DNA of 32,000 bases from Microbacterium phage Pajaza. The DNA lies in the sequence record MG944216.1; one strand, given 5' to 3'. Position 1 is the stretch's first letter. The number at the start of each line of letters is the position of its first letter. The notes beneath the pieces are model-generated. The model worked only from the letters and a program-made list of their open reading frames with translations, was not told the DNA's origin and made no database searches. A program made the position numbers and the translations under genes. Positions 9,246 through 18,695 of this stretch are shown here, piece by piece.

Positions 9246-11380
9246 TGGGTCAGCGAGTAGCACTCTGGCACGTTGCGCAGACGATCCGTACCGACGCTGT
9301 CCTTGATCGGTACGGCGACGTCATTGACGACATCCTGCTGGTCGGATACGAGCTGCGGAGTACCGGCCTCGTCAGCCTGAACATCCAGAACACAGTAGAG
9401 ACGGTTCGTGCCAAGTGGCCGAACATCCGCTGGTGGCTCACGATCCAGGCGTTCAGCTCGGACGCGTTCCGCCGGATGGCCGACCCGAACGACCCTCTCA
9501 CGATCGACGTGTTCAACCAGCTGGACACGATCTTTGAAACGTACCACTGGCTCTATGGCCTCGACATTGACGCTGAGGGATTCCAGGGCAACATGACGAC
9601 CGCCGAGGTCATGGCTAGTTACCGGGCACTCGGGGACTATGCTCGCTCCAAGGGTCTCAAGGTCTCCGCTGCGCTCCCCGCTGCCACCGAGGGCAACTAC
9701 TCGGTCGGTGGGGAGAGCTGGCTTGACTACGAGCTGTTCGGAGCGTACTTCGATCAGGTCGCCATCATGACGTACGACTTCGCCTGGTCGGGGTCGGCAC
9801 CTGGGCCGATCGCTCCCCGCTTCTGGGTGCAGCAGGTGTACGACTGGGCGACGTCGGTGATCCCCCCGGAGAAGATCCTGATGGGGGTGCCTGCCTATGG
9901 TCAGAACTGGTCTATCCATGTCCCGACCGAGGAGCTGCCTGGCTACCCTGGGTGGCCGTACCGGGGCAACTCTGGTGCCTACTACTGGTTCTGGTACATG
10001 GGGATCGGCGAGTGGGGCAGCATGTCCGGAGACGATGACCCCGTCAACTGGAACCAGACCCGAGCTGGGTGGTTGACGTACCGTGACATCGAGACCAACT
10101 CCCCGTTCATGCTGGTCGGATGCTACTGGTGGTCCACGGCGACTCACATCACTGACCAGGTTGGTCTGACTGAGTCCTCGTACAATGGGAAGCCGTACCT
10201 GACCCGATACGGTGTGGCCGCGGCGGACACCGTCGGTGAGATGGCAGATCAGACCGTCGACGGTGAGTACGCTACCCATTCGATCAAGCCGATCCAGGTC
10301 ATCGACAGCCGGGGCAACTGGCACAACCAGGACTCCCACAACCTCACCCTGGAGATGCTTCAGCGTGACCCCCAGTCGGCTACCATCATGGACGACGACT
10401 GCGCCAACACTGGGTCTCTTGACATCTACTACACCAAGTCCGGTTCGTGGTCTCACTGGCGGTCTGGCGACCCTCTGCTGAACCCCCGCACGCCTGGCCA
10501 GTTTCGTGTGGCCGGAGCCGGTACTCTCTCCCTGACAGCGATCAACGGGGGTGGGGAGTACCACGTAGAAGGCCGATTCCAGTTCCCTGGCTCCTCGGGT
10601 CGGGCTGGTGTGTACCACGGCTCCTACCAGCTCACGGTCAACACGGGGGGATCCCTCATCCTCTCCAGGAACGGAACCACCCTGGCCACATGGAGTGTGA
10701 GCGCGGTCGGCACCAGCAGCACCCCGTTCAGCGGTCGGGTCATCGTCCAGCTCCGTGTCCGTGGGAACCGTGCGCGTGTCTACTATGGCTTCACCGAGAA
10801 CGAGGTCACCCTCGTGGGGACGTACACCGACTCCTCGTACACGGATGGACCTTCGGGAATGATCAGCCTGACTGGTCCAGTCTGGTTCGATCACGTCCGC
10901 TGGGGAGACGCCTGGTGGTACAACCCTCGGGAGGCCTGGGACGTGCAGGTCGGTGGCTTCACCATCAAGGAGGTTGGCCGTATCCCCCGCACCAATGTCA
11001 CCTGGGACGACAAGAACCGATTCCGGGTCAACACCGACGTGGAAGAGCGGGACACTCGGGACAAGAGCATCTCCCTTGACTGGGAGTTCGCCCACGCCAA
11101 GGGCATTGGCATCCCTGCAGGGACGACCCGAGAGGTCAAGTTCATCCCGAGGGATATTGACTGCTGGCTGGGTACGGTGTACCTCTGCGACCCGAAGGGC
11201 ACTGCTCTGTGCCACTACAGCGACGTGGAGTACATGGCTCACTGCCGGAACCTCGCTGACCAGGAATGGGGTCTGAACGGCATCGCCGTCTGGCGTCTGG
11301 GTCAGGAGGACACACGCTTCTGGGAACGAGTGAAAGGCGCTAGGCTGGACCCAGCCACCAGGATTCCTATCCTAGCCTAG
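9245..11380 (+). CDS. Minor tail protein with glycoside hydrolase family 18-like domain
   Basis: 711 aa; GH18 signatures '[10 protein letters not shown]' (DxDxE), '[15 protein letters not shown]', '[16 protein letters not shown]'; C-terminal LamG-like and second YaaH-like tail region '[12 protein letters not shown]'. Confidence 0.85.
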   Translation: MGQRVALWHVAQTIRTDAVLDRYGDVIDDILLVGYELRSTGLVSLNIQNTVETVRAKWPNIRWWLTIQAFSSDAFRRMADPNDPLTIDVFNQLDTIFETYHWLYGLDIDAEGFQGNMTTAEVMASYRALGDYARSKGLKVSAALPAATEGNYSVGGESWLDYELFGAYFDQVAIMTYDFAWSGSAPGPIAPRFWVQQVYDWATSVIPPEKILMGVPAYGQNWSIHVPTEELPGYPGWPYRGNSGAYYWFWYMGIGEWGSMSGDDDPVNWNQTRAGWLTYRDIETNSPFMLVGCYWWSTATHITDQVGLTESSYNGKPYLTRYGVAAADTVGEMADQTVDGEYATHSIKPIQVIDSRGNWHNQDSHNLTLEMLQRDPQSATIMDDDCANTGSLDIYYTKSGSWSHWRSGDPLLNPRTPGQFRVAGAGTLSLTAINGGGEYHVEGRFQFPGSSGRAGVYHGSYQLTVNTGGSLILSRNGTTLATWSVSAVGTSSTPFSGRVIVQLRVRGNRARVYYGFTENEVTLVGTYTDSSYTDGPSGMISLTGPVWFDHVRWGDAWWYNPREAWDVQVGGFTIKEVGRIPRTNVTWDDKNRFRVNTDVEERDTRDKSISLDWEFAHAKGIGIPAGTTREVKFIPRDIDCWLGTVYLCDPKGTALCHYSDVEYMAHCRNLADQEWGLNGIAVWRLGQEDTRFWERVKGARLDPATRIPILA

Positions 11381-11402
11381 CCACAACAAGAAGGAGAATG
11401 CA

Positions 11403-12362
11403 ATGGCACTCAATGGTATCGACGTCAGTCAGTGGCAGGCCGCTGACCTGTCCGGCGTCCCGTATGACTTCCTGATCGCTCGGGCGACCTGGGGAGACGA
11501 GGCTCATGGCTTCGTCGACCCGTGGTGCGACCGCCACATCCAGACCGCGATCAAGCGTGGTAAGCTCTTCGGCTTCTACCACTTCATGACCATCCACGAC
11601 CCGATCGCCCAGGCTCGCTGGTTCGTCAAGAACTGCGAAGGGTACTTCGGTCACGGTATCCCCGTCCTCGACTTCGAGGAGATCGGCTCGGGCAGCGAGC
11701 GCGCTGTCAGCACCCACGGTGCAGCTGGCGCTCTCAAGTTCCTGAACGAGGTTCACCACCTGACTGGAGTCCGTCCGCTGATCTACGCCAACGCGTCCAC
11801 GGCTCGCAGCCTGAAGGCCGTTGCTGACGCTGACTACGGCCTCTGGATCGCCAGCTGGGGGAGCAACCCTGCCGGTGGCTACCGTTCTCCGGCAGCGCCC
11901 GACAGCTCGCCCTTCCCCTTCGTGGTGATCCACCAGTACAGCAGCCGGGGTCGCCTGGCTGGGTACGGGGGAGACCTCGACCTGGATCGCGCTCACATCG
12001 ACGCTGCGGCCTGGGCGAAGTACGCGAACCCCTCCGGAGGCACCAAGCCGAACCCCAAGCCGAAGCCTGAGCCGGTCAAGAAGAGTGTGGCCGAACTCGC
12101 CAAGGAGGTCTGGGATGGCAGGTGGGGCAACGGTGCCGACCGGAAGAAGCGCCTCGAGGCGGCTGGCTACGACTACGACGCCGTCCAGAAGCTGGTCGAC
12201 TCGCAGGCTGCGCACCCTGCTGCCAAGACCTACACCGTCAAGGCCGGTGACACCCTGAGCGGGATCGCTGCCAAGTACGGTACGACCTGGCAGGAGCTTC
12301 AGCGCAAGAACGGTATCAAGAACGCGAACCTGATCTACCCTGGTCAGGTGCTCAAGATCTGA
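11403..12362 (+). CDS. Endolysin: GH25 lysozyme + Cpl-7-like repeat + LysM
   Basis: 'GIDVSQWQ', 'GFYHFMT', 'PVLDFEE' (GH25); '[33 protein letters not shown]' (Cpl-7/CW_7); '[43 protein letters not shown]' (LysM). Confidence 0.95.
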   Translation: MALNGIDVSQWQAADLSGVPYDFLIARATWGDEAHGFVDPWCDRHIQTAIKRGKLFGFYHFMTIHDPIAQARWFVKNCEGYFGHGIPVLDFEEIGSGSERAVSTHGAAGALKFLNEVHHLTGVRPLIYANASTARSLKAVADADYGLWIASWGSNPAGGYRSPAAPDSSPFPFVVIHQYSSRGRLAGYGGDLDLDRAHIDAAAWAKYANPSGGTKPNPKPKPEPVKKSVAELAKEVWDGRWGNGADRKKRLEAAGYDYDAVQKLVDSQAAHPAAKTYTVKAGDTLSGIAAKYGTTWQELQRKNGIKNANLIYPGQVLKI

Positions 12363-12371
12363 GGAAGGTGT

Positions 12372-12731
12372 ATGCTGGAGACGATCATGGAACTCTTCGA
12401 GGCTGCTATCCCCGTCTTCGTGGCGGGGGTAACAGCCTACGGAGCGGTCTTGGTGGCTAAGGTCAACAAGATCCAGAAAGACATCAAGACCAACCACGGG
12501 AGTAAGAACCTCGGCGACGCGATAGACCGTCTCACAACTAAGGTATCTACGATCTCGGATAACCAGGACGACCTCATCAGCACGGTGAAGGCCATGCAGT
12601 CGAGGGACAAGGCTCTGGAAGACCGGGTCGGTTCACTTGAGGAGACCAGGAACAAGCACCTGTTCCCTCATGTCAAGACCGGGTCGGTACGTCTTCCCGG
12701 TAATCGTTTCAAGAAAGGAAGGAAGAAGTAG
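12372..12731 (+). CDS. Membrane protein, possible lysis accessory/holin-like, N-terminal TM plus coiled coil
   Basis: N-terminal hydrophobic segment, charged helical C-terminus, immediately after endolysin; RBS GAGGAAGG. Confidence 0.55.
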   Translation: MLETIMELFEAAIPVFVAGVTAYGAVLVAKVNKIQKDIKTNHGSKNLGDAIDRLTTKVSTISDNQDDLISTVKAMQSRDKALEDRVGSLEETRNKHLFPHVKTGSVRLPGNRFKKGRKK

Positions 12732-13030
12732 TGGAAGCCATCACTACCATCGCGACAGTCCCGGCTGTCATCGCGCTGGTGACCCTGGTCAAAGACCTCG
12801 GTCTCCCGTCGCGCCTCAGCCCTCTGGCCGCGCTCGTGCTTGGTGTGGCCTTGTCTCTGTTCGCTGCCCTCGCCATCGGTGAGGTCGTGAACTGGTACGA
12901 GCCGGTCGCCAAGGGCATCATCCTCGGTCTGAGCGCGAGCGGTCTCTACGACGGTGCTCGATCCATCGGCACCAAGAAGAAGACCGACACCATTGTGGTG
13001 CAGGAATCTGCACCGAAGAACATCGAGTAA
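12731..13030 (+). CDS. Putative holin
   Basis: 99 aa, GTG start, at least two hydrophobic segments, located in lysis cassette. Confidence 0.65.
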   Translation: MEAITTIATVPAVIALVTLVKDLGLPSRLSPLAALVLGVALSLFAALAIGEVVNWYEPVAKGIILGLSASGLYDGARSIGTKKKTDTIVVQESAPKNIE

Positions 13031-13039
13031 GGACTCATC

Positions 13040-13471
13040 TTGGTCACTACATCCATCGGCGCAAGCCAGAACATGGGTGCACCTTGGGGGGCGTTCTACG
13101 GGGGTGTCACCACGTGGAACAACGTCAGGTACGCCAAGAATGGTAACATCAAGATCCAGCTCACGGACGTCAGCCCTGGAGGTGTCGTCTTCTACAAGGC
13201 TGTCATGAAGATCTGGGTCTGTGACATCAATGGGAACGCTATCTTGGGGCCGGCGACGGTCACCAAGTACTGGGGGTCTGACTCCGCCTGGGTCACCATT
13301 GGGAGCTTCACTCCCTCCCGTGGGGGTAAGACCGTCATCGGACCAGATGGTAAGCCATTGGGAGCGTTCCGTCTCCGCACCAGCTTCGACCACATCAGTC
13401 TAGACAGTGCTGGAAGGCCAATGCCTAGTCCCACGTGGGGATCCTGGACAGCGAATCTGTACCACCACTAG
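13040..13471 (+). CDS. Hypothetical protein, last gene of late operon (TTG start)
   Basis: 143-aa ORF filling the gap between holin and the convergent terminator. Confidence 0.5.
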   Translation: MVTTSIGASQNMGAPWGAFYGGVTTWNNVRYAKNGNIKIQLTDVSPGGVVFYKAVMKIWVCDINGNAILGPATVTKYWGSDSAWVTIGSFTPSRGGKTVIGPDGKPLGAFRLRTSFDHISLDSAGRPMPSPTWGSWTANLYHH

Positions 13472-13490
13472 GATCTCCTAGACACAAGTT

Positions 13491-13522
13491 CGCCTCCCCC
13501 GGCCACACGACTGGGGGAGGCG
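13491..13522. terminator. Bidirectional terminator hairpin between convergent operons
   Basis: Perfect 10-bp stem CGCCTCCCCC / GGGGGAGGCG, 12-nt loop, followed by TTCTTTGT; sits between 13471 (+ stop) and 13536 (- stop). Confidence 0.85.
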
Positions 13523-13535
13523 TTCTTTGTGCAGG

Positions 13536-13727
13536 TCAACGAGCGGCGATGGCTCTCTTGAGTCTCTGGACCTCTCGCTTGTAGATGGGGTTCGTACGCT
13601 TGTTGGCAGCCTGACCGCTGATGACGAAGCGCAGGTGCTGCTCGAGCGCCTCCTTCGTGGTGTCCTCGTAGATGCGTCCGAAGGTGGTGACGACGTTACC
13701 GGGGATGGCGACTCGGGTGTTGGACAT
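13536..13727 (-). CDS. Small hypothetical protein (basic)
   Basis: 63-aa ORF; stop before terminator; downstream of 13731..13895. Confidence 0.55.
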   Translation of the reverse strand: MSNTRVAIPGNVVTTFGRIYEDTTKEALEQHLRFVISGQAANKRTNPIYKREVQRLKRAIAAR

Positions 13728-13730
13728 GGT

Positions 13731-13895
13731 TCAGGCCTCCTTGGTGATGTGCTGGATGAACGCCTCAGCCTTGCTGTCCTGGACTCGCCAGCAGTGGTTG
13801 GTGTAGTCATAGGACGCGATGCCTAGGTCACGAGCGGTCTCGTTGATGATCGAGATGGCGATTCCGGTCTTGCGGGCGATGGCTTTGGTGTTCAT
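13731..13895 (-). CDS. Small putative DNA-binding protein, probably translated from a leaderless mRNA
   Basis: 54 aa MNTKAIARKTGIAISIINETARDLGIASYDYTNHCWRVQDSKAEAFIQHITKEA; helix-turn-helix-like N-terminus; promoter -10 is 7 nt upstream of the ATG; below size cutoff of ORF track. Confidence 0.6.
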   Translation of the reverse strand: MNTKAIARKTGIAISIINETARDLGIASYDYTNHCWRVQDSKAEAFIQHITKEA

Positions 13896-13901
13896 ACTTG
13901 A

Positions 13902-13930
13902 AGCCTAACCTATAGTCCGAAGATTCACAA
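13902..13930 (-). promoter_or_regulatory. Promoter (TTGTGA-N17-TAGGCT)
   Basis: Matches consensus shared with six other sites; upstream GGAG and A-rich element; predicted +1 = 13895. Confidence 0.7.
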
Positions 13931-13933
13931 CTC

Positions 13934-14179
13934 CTAGTAGAAACTATTTTCCGTGACGACCAGGATGAGGTCAGCGAACCACGTGAAGAAGTAGATCAGG
14001 GCGAGGATGTACGTCACGATGATGCCGAAGGCAACCCCGACCACGATGACGAGCAGAGACCAGGCCGTCACCATGCTGAGACGTGTGGCCGAGGGGTCGT
14101 CCCCGTCGTCCTCGTTCGACTGGGTGAAGGGCTGGTCTCCTCTCAAGAGGCGTTCCCACTCTTCGTCTGTGCTAGTCAT
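13934..14179 (-). CDS. Small membrane protein
   Basis: 81 aa, acidic N-terminus and long hydrophobic segment; stop overlaps helicase region start by ATGA-type junction. Confidence 0.55.
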   Translation of the reverse strand: MTSTDEEWERLLRGDQPFTQSNEDDGDDPSATRLSMVTAWSLLVIVVGVAFGIIVTYILALIYFFTWFADLILVVTENSFY

Positions 14180-15836
14180 TAGACTCCTCCTCCACTGGCT
14201 TCTTGATGATCTTCAGGTCTTTGTTCAGGTAGTGCTGATCGGTGCCCATCTTCGTCTGGACACCGAGGCGGAGGAAGTCGGGGAAGTCCTCCTCGGGGGA
14301 TGCAAGGCTGAGCGTGAAGTCAGCCCAACCGTGCAGAGCAGTGGCTCCTAGGATCTTCTCCTGAACCGTCTCACCCTTCTCGAAGACCCGCTTGCGCGTG
14401 TGGTGGATAAACATCACCGCACACCCGAGAGGCTGGGCGATACGCTTCTTGAGGTAGGTCAGGATCTTGTACATCTCGGACTGGTCATTCACGTTGGCTC
14501 CGCCGATCGCCATGCTGAACGTGTCAATGACGATCATCTTCAGGCCGTACCGTATGACCGTCAGACGGAGGCGCTCCAGTGTGGCCTCGTCAGTGAGATC
14601 CATCTCATTGAACGACGTGAGAAGGGGCATGGGCTTGCCCGGATTCCACGTGAGATCCTTGTCGATGTACCCTTCCCAGTGATACTTGATACGTCGCCGG
14701 TCGCCCTTGATGAAGTCGCTGAGGCGCTTCGAGTACAAGTACTGCCCGTCCTCCAGGGAGAAGAACCCTACGGGGACAGGCTTGCGTACGTCGACACCGA
14801 GCGGCTTGGTAGCAGTGGCTAGGCCAAGCATCATCTCAAGGGCGATGCGGCTCTTGCCCACCTTCGGCGCTGCCACGAGGAACCCACAAGCACCCTCGGG
14901 CACCATGCCGGGCACCACCCACTTCATGGGGTTGCGGATGACGCGTGCATACTCCTCGGCGAACTGCATGTCCCACGGGAGCAGCTCCTCATCCTCGTCC
15001 AGCGTCTCCTCTGCCGAGACAGGGGCAGGCGGCTCGGCCACCGGGGAGGGCTGGGCGCTGTAGGCGCTGGCTATGTCGGCTCGAAGGCTCTCGGGGTTGT
15101 CCTTCCACTTGTTCCAAGCGCAGGCCTTCAGCATCTTGAAGGTGAGGTCTTCAGGGATGCCCAGCTCAGCGGCTGTCCGCTCGAACTTCCACATCTGCTT
15201 GGAGCGGTCGCCATAGGGGTCGTCAGCACCCAGCTCACTGGACACCGAAGCCGGGAACCCCAGTGCCCTGGCCACACGAGTCAGTACCTCGCCCCGGCTG
15301 TAGACCATGTTCGTCTTGCGCAGGATGCGACCCTGGAACGGCTCTCGCTTGTGGTGCCAGGTTCCCGGTACGCGGAGCAGCTGCCCGATGTCAACTCCGG
15401 ACTTGTCAGCGCCGACGGCCTGGGTCAGCATGCCCATCAGGCCGTCCTTGTCGAACTCCTCCGGGAGGATCGGCTCGGACATCAGCCAGATCGCCTGCTT
15501 GTGACCGGGGGAGGTCTCCCAGATGTAGGTCGGACGGAGCTTCGTCAAGACCTCGTCGTCGTAGCCATCGTCGCAGTCTACCCAGAGCACACGCTGTGCG
15601 GGATAGGCGTCCTTCTTCCGGCTGTCGGTACTGCTCACAGCAGGCGTCCAGTACCAGTCCACGTCCGGCCTCAGCTCCGGGAGAGACGGCTTCGCCACGC
15701 TGATGGCGGCTCCCTCCCGGAACCTCTCTTTGTCTTTGATCCCTATGTGCGCGATGTGCGGCACCCAGGCGCTTCCCTTCACGCCTGAGTGCCGCCACAC
15801 CTTGCGGATCAGTCTTGTGATAGACTCTGTATCCAC
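14172..15836 (-). CDS. Primase-helicase: RepB-type primase-like N-terminus + RecA-like/RepA ATPase
   Basis: 'VLWVDCDDGYDD', 'TYIWETSPGHKQAIWLM', 'DIGQLLRVPGTWHHK' (RepB-primase-like); Walker A 'AAPKVGKSR', Walker B 'MIVIDTFS'. Confidence 0.8.
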   Translation of the reverse strand: MDTESITRLIRKVWRHSGVKGSAWVPHIAHIGIKDKERFREGAAISVAKPSLPELRPDVDWYWTPAVSSTDSRKKDAYPAQRVLWVDCDDGYDDEVLTKLRPTYIWETSPGHKQAIWLMSEPILPEEFDKDGLMGMLTQAVGADKSGVDIGQLLRVPGTWHHKREPFQGRILRKTNMVYSRGEVLTRVARALGFPASVSSELGADDPYGDRSKQMWKFERTAAELGIPEDLTFKMLKACAWNKWKDNPESLRADIASAYSAQPSPVAEPPAPVSAEETLDEDEELLPWDMQFAEEYARVIRNPMKWVVPGMVPEGACGFLVAAPKVGKSRIALEMMLGLATATKPLGVDVRKPVPVGFFSLEDGQYLYSKRLSDFIKGDRRRIKYHWEGYIDKDLTWNPGKPMPLLTSFNEMDLTDEATLERLRLTVIRYGLKMIVIDTFSMAIGGANVNDQSEMYKILTYLKKRIAQPLGCAVMFIHHTRKRVFEKGETVQEKILGATALHGWADFTLSLASPEEDFPDFLRLGVQTKMGTDQHYLNKDLKIIKKPVEEESND

Positions 15837-16108
15837 TCTACAACTTCCTGAGCCTTGGGGTCGTGGCTGACGAACACCCTTCCACCAGCCTTCTCGAACA
15901 GCCCTAGTATGTACTTCTGAGCGGGGGACGGCTTGAGGCCTGCACGCTGCTTAGCCTCAATCGCGAAGAACCTGCCCTTGGCACAACCAAGGATGTCGGG
16001 GGTGCCCTTCAGTTGAAAGGCACCCCCGTGAGTGCGTAGGCAGTACACGCCGTCGATGGCATTCAGTGTGGCCAGGATCCGGCGGACTATCTCCGACTCA
16101 AGTGCCAC
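15809..16108 (-). CDS. VRR-NUC domain nuclease
   Basis: 'GTPDILGCAKGRFFAIEAKQ' core PD-(D/E)XK / VRR-NUC motif, 99 aa. Confidence 0.85.
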   Translation of the reverse strand: MALESEIVRRILATLNAIDGVYCLRTHGGAFQLKGTPDILGCAKGRFFAIEAKQRAGLKPSPAQKYILGLFEKAGGRVFVSHDPKAQEVVEWIQSLSQD

Positions 16109-16111
16109 GTG

Positions 16112-16843
16112 TTAGCGACGGCGGACGGTGCGCTTGGCCGGAGCCTTCTTGGGCGCTGCCTTCGCCGGAGCCTTCTTGGCGGGAGCACGACGCTTGGGGG
16201 CAGGCTCCGGCTCCTCGTCCTCCTCGTCCTCATCGTCGTAGAGCTCTTCGTCGTCGAGGTCTTCGTCCTCGAGGTCGTCCTCGTCGAGGTCGTCTTCCTC
16301 GTCCTCGTCGAGTTCCTCCTCGTCGTCATCGACCTCGTCTTCGTCGTCCTCGTACTCCTCCTCGTCGGCGTCGTCGAACTCCTCGTCCTCGTACTCCTCC
16401 TCGTCGTCGTACTCTTCGTCGTCCTCGTCGGTCACGTCGTCATCGTCCTCGAGGATGTCCGTCTTGTATACACCCTGGACCTGCGAGCGAACCTGACCGT
16501 TGTACGAGTCGTCCTCGACCTCGATCGCGACGGTAGCGCCGACGATCTTGGCGGGGTCGATCTGCTGAGCCTTCTTCGGGACGTCCACGCCAGCGGCGAC
16601 GAGGAGGTCGCGGAGCTTCCAGAGCTGGTTCTGCTGGAGCTTGCAGTAGTACGGGAAGCGACGGCTCTTGTACTTCGAGTCGGTCGGGACGAAGGCGTAC
16701 ACGAGCATCGCCGTACCGTCCTGAGCCTCGGTCTCCTGGACCGCAGCCACGGTCGCCTTGTAGAGACCCTCGGGGATCTGACGCGTGTTCCAGCCGGAGC
16801 GCTCTTCGACCTTGCTGAAGTCGAGACGGATCTTCTTTGCCAT
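16112..16843 (-). CDS. Single-strand DNA-binding-like protein with long acidic region and basic histone H1-like tail
   Basis: MAKKIRLDFSKVEERSGWNTRQIPEGLYKATV...; placed with replication genes; ~90-residue D/E-rich tract then 'APKRRAPAKKAPAKAAPKKAPAKRTVRRR'. Confidence 0.6.
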   Translation of the reverse strand: MAKKIRLDFSKVEERSGWNTRQIPEGLYKATVAAVQETEAQDGTAMLVYAFVPTDSKYKSRRFPYYCKLQQNQLWKLRDLLVAAGVDVPKKAQQIDPAKIVGATVAIEVEDDSYNGQVRSQVQGVYKTDILEDDDDVTDEDDEEYDDEEEYEDEEFDDADEEEYEDDEDEVDDDEEELDEDEEDDLDEDDLEDEDLDDEELYDDEDEEDEEPEPAPKRRAPAKKAPAKAAPKKAPAKRTVRRR

Positions 16844-16872
16844 GATGGTTTCCTCTTTCTGGGAGTTCTTGG

Positions 16873-17538
16873 TTAGCGGGTCCAACCAAGAAGTTCGTTA
16901 AGCCGACTGATAGACGGCTTGGTCAGGTACGGGGGTCGACCCTTGTAGGTCTTGCTCCGGGCACCGGCCACAATGTTAGGGGTCGGGGTGAGCCAGAGCC
17001 TCCGTACTGCTCGGTCGTTGACATTCGCGATGTACAAGCGGCCGATCACATCCGACATCGTCAGGAGACTCTTAGCTGCCCCAGGGGGCAAGTCTACCGT
17101 AACGCTGGCGGTGGTCTCTTCATCGTCATCGTCACTGACCCAGTCCTCGGTGGGCATGACCATGCGCTCCTGACAGAGCACGATGACTTCCTTGTTCTCG
17201 TCGCGCAGGGTACGGAGCAGGGTGGCGAAGGCGTTGTTCGCTATTCCGTAGCTCTGCTGGGACGGGGTCTTACCTCCTGCGGCTTCGCTGAGGAACAGGT
17301 CGTGGAGCGATGTGGCCGTGTCAATGATGACCCGGTCGTGCTTCGCCAAGAACGCTGGGGTGATCGTCTTGTTGATCCCCTTCGAGCTGAGGTCGTTGAC
17401 GAGGGTGATCCCCGTGGTGTCGATGCCCACGAGACCCTGGTCGGCGTTCAGGACAGCGGTCTTGCCCTTCTTGGCTTCAGCGAGGCTCAGGGTGGTCTTC
17501 CCAACCTTGGGCTTGCTGTAGATGGTGTAGATACTCAC
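16873..17538 (-). CDS. Sak4-like AAA/RecA-fold recombination ATPase
   Basis: GTG start; 'SIYTIYSKPKVGKTTLSLAEAKKGKTAVLNADQG' Walker A, 'HDRVIIDTATSLHDL' Walker B. Confidence 0.75.
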   Translation of the reverse strand: MSIYTIYSKPKVGKTTLSLAEAKKGKTAVLNADQGLVGIDTTGITLVNDLSSKGINKTITPAFLAKHDRVIIDTATSLHDLFLSEAAGGKTPSQQSYGIANNAFATLLRTLRDENKEVIVLCQERMVMPTEDWVSDDDDEETTASVTVDLPPGAAKSLLTMSDVIGRLYIANVNDRAVRRLWLTPTPNIVAGARSKTYKGRPPYLTKPSISRLNELLGWTR

Positions 17539-18695
17539 GGCTTCTTCTTTCCCTTCTTCTGGTTGGGGTAGTAGTCCAGCGGATCCCGCGTGGTAACGTA
17601 CCTCGTCTTCTGCTCGATCTCGCTGGTGCCATGCATGAGGTCGGCTACCGTGAGGTCTTTGTAGTTGCACATGAACCCAGAGCACGCGTGAAGGTTACGC
17701 TCCACGCAGTCGGGGTCATCCCACTTGTAAGTGAGCATCCGGCGCGATGACGTGAGGAACGACTTGAGCTGCCGCTTGGACTGCTCGGGAGTGAACTTCA
17801 TGAAGTCACGGCGGAAGGTGTCGGTGTAGTCCCGGTGTTCAACCTCGACGAGGAACTCCTCGACGTAGGCTCTCTCCTTCGGGTCTTCGATCGCCAGGAG
17901 ATCCTTGCCCCGGACGGTCGTCAGCATGCCGTTCTCCCGGAGCCACTCCTTGTAGACGGGAAGGGTAGTCCCCCCAGGCTTCAGTGTCTTGCTCTGGAAC
18001 CCCTTCTGGGTGAGCGACGGCTTCTTGATGGCGTTCGTGCGGCAGTAGTCGTAGATGAACCCCTTCGGCTGGGGGAGGCCGAGGGCGAGGTACTGGGGAG
18101 CCTTCTGGCATGCCCACAGGTAAGAGAAGTTCTGGAAGGCCAGCTCCCGGTAGCGCCAGTCCGGCAGTGTGGCGTGGGTCTTGTGATCAAGCAGCCACAC
18201 GTCCCCGTTCTCGTCCTGAACGATCAGGTCGATGCGGCCACGATAGAGTGCCTTCCCATTGAACATGGGACGCTCAACCGTCAGCTCCGCGATGATCGGC
18301 GTCAGGTTCTCGTTCCGGTAGACCCATTCGTAGCTCAGGAGGATGTTGTAGCACTCCTCAGCCAGCTCATCCACTTCCTCTTCGAACTGGTCGAACCGAG
18401 CCTTCTCCAGGATCTCCTGGTGCTTCGCACGCCAGTCCCCACCGTTAGCTCGTTCCTCCAACAGGGAGTGAACCCAGGTGCCTCGGGTGAGCGGCTTGCT
18501 CTCAAGACGAGGGCGGAGGCCGAGGATGATCGAGTAGTAGGTCTCCCGAGGGCACTCGACGAACGAGCTGACCATGGACTGGGTGAGAACGTACTTCCCG
18601 TCCTCCGTCTTCGGCCACATCCCCTGAGGGCCATGCCAGGCCTTCTTCCCGGTACTGGGGAGCTGCTTCGCTCCGGTTCGCTTAGTACTCGGCAA
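17535..18695 (-). CDS. Cas4/RecB-like PD-(D/E)XK exonuclease
   Basis: 'VECPRETYYSIILGL', 'GRIDLIVQDENGDVWLLDHKTHA'. TTG start at 18695 preceded by GGGGAGGAG (ORF itself extends to 18764). Confidence 0.8.
   Translation of the reverse strand: MPSTKRTGAKQLPSTGKKAWHGPQGMWPKTEDGKYVLTQSMVSSFVECPRETYYSIILGLRPRLESKPLTRGTWVHSLLEERANGGDWRAKHQEILEKARFDQFEEEVDELAEECYNILLSYEWVYRNENLTPIIAELTVERPMFNGKALYRGRIDLIVQDENGDVWLLDHKTHATLPDWRYRELAFQNFSYLWACQKAPQYLALGLPQPKGFIYDYCRTNAIKKPSLTQKGFQSKTLKPGGTTLPVYKEWLRENGMLTTVRGKDLLAIEDPKERAYVEEFLVEVEHRDYTDTFRRDFMKFTPEQSKRQLKSFLTSSRRMLTYKWDDPDCVERNLHACSGFMCNYKDLTVADLMHGTSEIEQKTRYVTTRDPLDYYPNQKKGKKKP

Noticed and set aside
9125-11242. 705-aa antisense ORF opposite the GH18 tail gene
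   Set aside because: Fully antisense to a gene with clear motifs; artefact of codon bias.
16200-16470. Low-complexity tcgtcctcg repeats resembling a tandem repeat or CRISPR-like array
   Set aside because: Explained by Asp/Glu codons of the acidic tail; no regular repeat-spacer structure.
16109-16876. 255-aa + strand hydrophobic Leu/Val-rich ORF
   Set aside because: Antisense of the Asp/Glu (GAC/GAG) codon tract, which reads as Val/Leu; not a real membrane protein.
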